Sequence record: MT446417.1
DNA from: Escherichia virus TH49
DNA: 41,043 nt
Reading direction: 5' to 3' (one strand)
Position numbers and translations under genes: made by a program. Below the pieces are notes generated by a model. The model made no database searches, was not told where the DNA came from, and saw nothing but the letters and a program-made list of their open reading frames with translations. Position 1 is the stretch's first letter; each line of letters opens with the position of its first letter. Positions 38,017-41,043 of this stretch are shown one piece after another.

Positions 38017-38050
38017 CTCAAGGTACTACTATATGTAGTGCCTTTATGGA
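38017..38050 (+). promoter_or_regulatory. Putative RNase III processing hairpin (R18.5-like)
   Basis: Fourth copy of the CTCAAGGT...TACTATATGTAGTG...CCTTTATGGA element, directly after gene 18 as in T7. Confidence 0.5.
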
Positions 38051-38108
38051 TGTCATTGCACTACGCTAGGCGTTCCTACGTGAAATCTGAGAAACAACGG
38101 GAGGCATT

Positions 38109-38555
38109 ATGCTTGAGTTCACAAAGAGAATCGTCCCGTACCTTGTGGCCATCATGGTGTTTGCCTTCGGGTGGCACTTGGGTTCGCAATCTACGGACGC
38201 TAAATGGAAGGAGGTAGTACAGAATGAGTACGTTAAGAAGCAAACGGCTAGAGCTGAAACTCAGAAAGCGATTGACGCAGTATCGGCTAAGTACCAAGCA
38301 GACCTTGAGGGGCTGGAGGGCAGCACTGATAGGATTATTGCTGATTTGCGTAGCGACAATAAGCGGCTGCGCGTCAGAGTCAAACCTACCAGTGTCGCCG
38401 CAGGACCAGACGGTAGATGCCTCGTTGATGGTTCCGTCGAACTACACGAAGCAACTTCTCGAAGTCTTATCGCAATAACCCAGAAGGCCGACCTCAAGGA
38501 GAAGGCCCTACAGGACACTATTCGTAAGCTGCAAGGGAAAGGAGGTGAACATTGA
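38109..38555 (+). CDS. gp18.5: Rz-like i-spanin (T7 gp18.5 homolog)
   Basis: 148 aa. N-terminal transmembrane segment and high identity to the recalled T7 gp18.5 ([60 protein letters not shown]). Confidence 0.9.
   Translation: MLEFTKRIVPYLVAIMVFAFGWHLGSQSTDAKWKEVVQNEYVKKQTARAETQKAIDAVSAKYQADLEGLEGSTDRIIADLRSDNKRLRVRVKPTSVAAGPDGRCLVDGSVELHEATSRSLIAITQKADLKEKALQDTIRKLQGKGGEH
38224..38478 (+). CDS. gp18.7: Rz1-like o-spanin lipoprotein embedded in the +1 frame of Rz (T7 gp18.7 homolog)
   Basis: 84 aa. Lipobox and signal ([15 protein letters not shown]) identical to the recalled T7 gp18.7; the gene lies entirely inside the Rz gene. Confidence 0.88.
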   Translation: MSTLRSKRLELKLRKRLTQYRLSTKQTLRGWRAALIGLLLICVATISGCASESNLPVSPQDQTVDASLMVPSNYTKQLLEVLSQ

Positions 38556-40309
38556 GTAACTCTCAGCAAGCCAAGAACGCCTTAATCATTGCGCAACTGA
38601 AGGGTGACTTTGTCGCCTTTCTCTTCGTGCTCTGGAAGGCCCTGAACCTGCCGGAACCAACCAAGTGTCAAATCGACATGGCCAAGTGTCTGGCAGACCC
38701 CAAGAACAAGAAGTTTATCCTTCAGGCTTTCCGTGGTATCGGTAAGTCGTTCATCACGTGTGCGTTCGTAGTGTGGACCCTGTGGCGTGACCCTCAGTTA
38801 AAGATACTGATTGTCTCGGCATCAAAGGAACGTGCTGACGCTAACTCCATCTTCATCAAGAACATCATCGACTTGTTGCCTTTCCTGAGTGAGCTTAAGC
38901 CTCGCCCCGGTCAGCGTGACTCCGTGATTAGCTTTGATGTAGGCCCTGCCAAGCCTGACCACAGCCCGTCAGTTAAGTCTGTGGGTATTACGGGTCAGCT
39001 TACTGGTAGCCGTGCCGATATCATCATTGCGGATGACGTGGAGATTCCCGGTAACTCTGCAACCCAAGGTGCCCGAGAGAAACTCTGGACGTTGGTTCAG
39101 GAGTTCGCCGCACTGTTGAAACCTCTGCCGACTAGTCGTGTTATCTATCTGGGTACCCCTCAGACCGAGATGACGCTCTACAAGGAACTTGAGGACAACC
39201 GTGGGTACTCCACCATCATTTGGCCTGCGCAGTATCCTCGCTCCAAAGAGGAAGACCTGTACTATGGCGACCGTCTGGCTCCGATGCTCCGAAGTGAGTA
39301 CGATGAGGACAAAGAGGGTCTCGGTAGTCAACCTACTGACCCGGTTCGATTCGACTCCATGGACCTTCAGGAACGTGAGGTGGAATACGGCAAGGCTGGC
39401 TACACGCTCCAGTTCATGCTCAACCCGAACCTCAGTGACGCCGAGAAGTACCCGCTACGCCTCCGTGACGCTATCGTGTGCGGTCTACAGATGGACAAGG
39501 CCCCAATGCATTACCAGTGGTTGCCGAACCGTCAGAACCGCAATGAGGAGCTTCCTAACGTGGGTATGAAGGGTGACGAGATTTACTCCTTCCATACAGC
39601 CTCAAGTAACACTGGCGCATATCAGGGTAAGATTCTGGTCATTGACCCCAGTGGTCGCGGTAAGGATGAGACGGGCTGGTGCGTACTGTACACCCTCAAC
39701 GGTTACATCTACCTGATGGACGCTGGCGGTACTCGCGGTTACGAAGAGAAGTCCCTTGAGTTCCTCGCTAAGAAAGCCAAACAGTGGCAGGTGCAGACTG
39801 TGGTCTTCGAGAGTAACTTCGGTGACGGTATGTTCGGTAATGTATTCCAGCCTGTGCTCCTGAAGCATCACCCAGCGCAACTCGAAGAGATTCGTGCTCG
39901 TGGTATGAAAGAGGTCCGCATCTGCGATACCCTTGAGCCTGTACTGGCAAGTCACCGCTTGGTCATCCGTGATGAGGTTATCCGACAGGACTACCAGACG
40001 GCACGTGATGCAGACGGTAAGCACGCTCTGAAGTACAGCCTGTTCTACCAGATGACCCGTATGAGCCGTGAGAAGGGCGCTGTGGCACACGACGACCGAC
40101 TTGATGCATTAGCATTGGGTGTCGAGTTCCTACGCTCTACGATGCAGCAGGACGCTGTGAAGATAGAGGCTGAGGTACTTCAGGAGTTCTTGGAGCACCA
40201 CATGGAGAAGCCTCTGAGTAACATCTCCCAGTTCCGGGCCACCAGCAGCAACGGTGTGGACATCCGATGGGAAGACGATGGGGATGACACTATGTTCATC
40301 GCTTGGTAA
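38552..40309 (+). CDS. gp19: Terminase large subunit / DNA maturation protein B (T7 gp19 homolog)
   Basis: 585 aa; TTG start 5 nt after GGAGGT. Very high identity to the recalled T7 gp19 ([129 protein letters not shown]). Confidence 0.97.
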   Translation: MSNSQQAKNALIIAQLKGDFVAFLFVLWKALNLPEPTKCQIDMAKCLADPKNKKFILQAFRGIGKSFITCAFVVWTLWRDPQLKILIVSASKERADANSIFIKNIIDLLPFLSELKPRPGQRDSVISFDVGPAKPDHSPSVKSVGITGQLTGSRADIIIADDVEIPGNSATQGAREKLWTLVQEFAALLKPLPTSRVIYLGTPQTEMTLYKELEDNRGYSTIIWPAQYPRSKEEDLYYGDRLAPMLRSEYDEDKEGLGSQPTDPVRFDSMDLQEREVEYGKAGYTLQFMLNPNLSDAEKYPLRLRDAIVCGLQMDKAPMHYQWLPNRQNRNEELPNVGMKGDEIYSFHTASSNTGAYQGKILVIDPSGRGKDETGWCVLYTLNGYIYLMDAGGTRGYEEKSLEFLAKKAKQWQVQTVVFESNFGDGMFGNVFQPVLLKHHPAQLEEIRARGMKEVRICDTLEPVLASHRLVIRDEVIRQDYQTARDADGKHALKYSLFYQMTRMSREKGAVAHDDRLDALALGVEFLRSTMQQDAVKIEAEVLQEFLEHHMEKPLSNISQFRATSSNGVDIRWEDDGDDTMFIAW

Positions 40310-40389
40310 CTATGCAGGGATTGTGCATAAGGATTCATTAGGCCACGGAAGGCCACTTTGAGGAAACTCTATGTATAACAGACACTTGG

Positions 40390-40412
40390 AATTAGGGCAC
40401 ACTATAGGGAGA
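40390..40412 (+). promoter_or_regulatory. Phage RNAP promoter (phiOR-like), exact consensus
   Basis: Perfect 23-mer between gene 19 and the right end, as in T7. Confidence 0.85.
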
Positions 40413-40553
40413 GACCCTTGAAGACTTACTATAAGACTACTTAAAGTTTCATTCATATAGTTATGCACTATAAGTCTCCTCACAGGTAGAGGGTAGTGAT
40501 GGTAATATCACCCTCTCACCATAAGACACTAAGAGCCAACATAAGGAGGACCT

Positions 40554-40703
40554 ATGCGCTTATTGTTAACCTTACTGCGCCATAGGACTACTTGGCGATT
40601 TCTGCTGGTACTTGCTGGTGCCCTTGGGGCTTCACTGGTTACTCAGCAGCAACTCAGTGGACTGGAGACTCTCATGTGCTCTCTACTCACTTGTAGCGAT
40701 TAG
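40554..40703 (+). CDS. Gene 19.5-like small membrane protein (49 aa)
   Basis: ATG with AGGAGG 7 nt upstream; hydrophobic product (RFLLVLAGALGASLV); same size and position as T7 gene 19.5. Found by reading; below the ORF-track cutoff. Confidence 0.5.
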   Translation: MRLLLTLLRHRTTWRFLLVLAGALGASLVTQQQLSGLETLMCSLLTCSD

Positions 40704-40788
40704 GGTCTTCCTGACGCGCTAGGGATTCCGTAGTGATGCTTATCAGCATACACCACTCCATCCCTCTACAGTCAATACTTAAAGTTAA

Positions 40789-40849
40789 CCTTAGGTGATT
40801 CGCTGGGTCTACCTACGGGTCTATGCAATGACCTGAGGACTACCTGAGG
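40789..40849. repeat. CCTNAGG short repeats near the right end (CCTTAGG, CCTGAGG x2)
   Basis: Copies at about 40789, 40832 and 40843, mirroring the left-end array. Confidence 0.6.
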
Positions 40850-40945
40850 TTACCTTTAAGAATATTGCATAAAGTTCTGAGTGTACATCTCACAGTTTAC
40901 ACTTTTGGTTATCCCCCCCCGGTACCCTCCCAGTTCACCCAAAGT

Positions 40946-41043
40946 AACCATAGGCCACCCCTAACCGAAGGTTAAACCTTAGGTGGTACCGATGGGAAAC
41001 CTTAGGTGATACTATATGTTGTGGTGAGGGTGACCTGAGGATA
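40946..41043. repeat. Right direct terminal repeat (DTR), at least 98 bp
   Basis: Identical to 1..98 by direct reading. Confidence 0.85.

Overview
The window is an essentially complete, linear genome of a virulent T7-like podophage (Autographiviridae, Studiervirinae-type layout). All genes are on the + strand and follow T7 order from gene 0.7 (kinase) to gene 19.5, bounded by direct terminal repeats of at least 98 bp (1..98 = 40946..41043). Thirteen copies of a phage RNA-polymerase promoter with consensus AATTAGGGCACACTATAGGGAGA are present; this is the K11-type consensus as I recall it, which points to a Klebsiella K11/KP32-like phage. The T-phi terminator sits after the capsid gene, and four conserved hairpins resembling RNase III processing sites are present. 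Protein identifications rest on my recollection of T7 protein sequences and on gene order; no search was run. No tRNA, CRISPR, integrase or lysogeny module was seen. I did not find one clear-cut novel system. The best candidates for new biology are: (1) an early block of small overlapping ORFs with no Ocr or SAM-hydrolase-like gene, (2) a membrane-anchored coiled-coil protein inserted between the RNAP gene and gene 1.1, (3) an acidic protein occupying the gene 5.9 (RecBCD-inhibitor) slot, (4) a probable -1 frameshift extending the capsid protein with an Ig-like domain, and (5) two consecutive receptor-binding/depolymerase genes. All minus-strand ORFs in the track are judged spurious.
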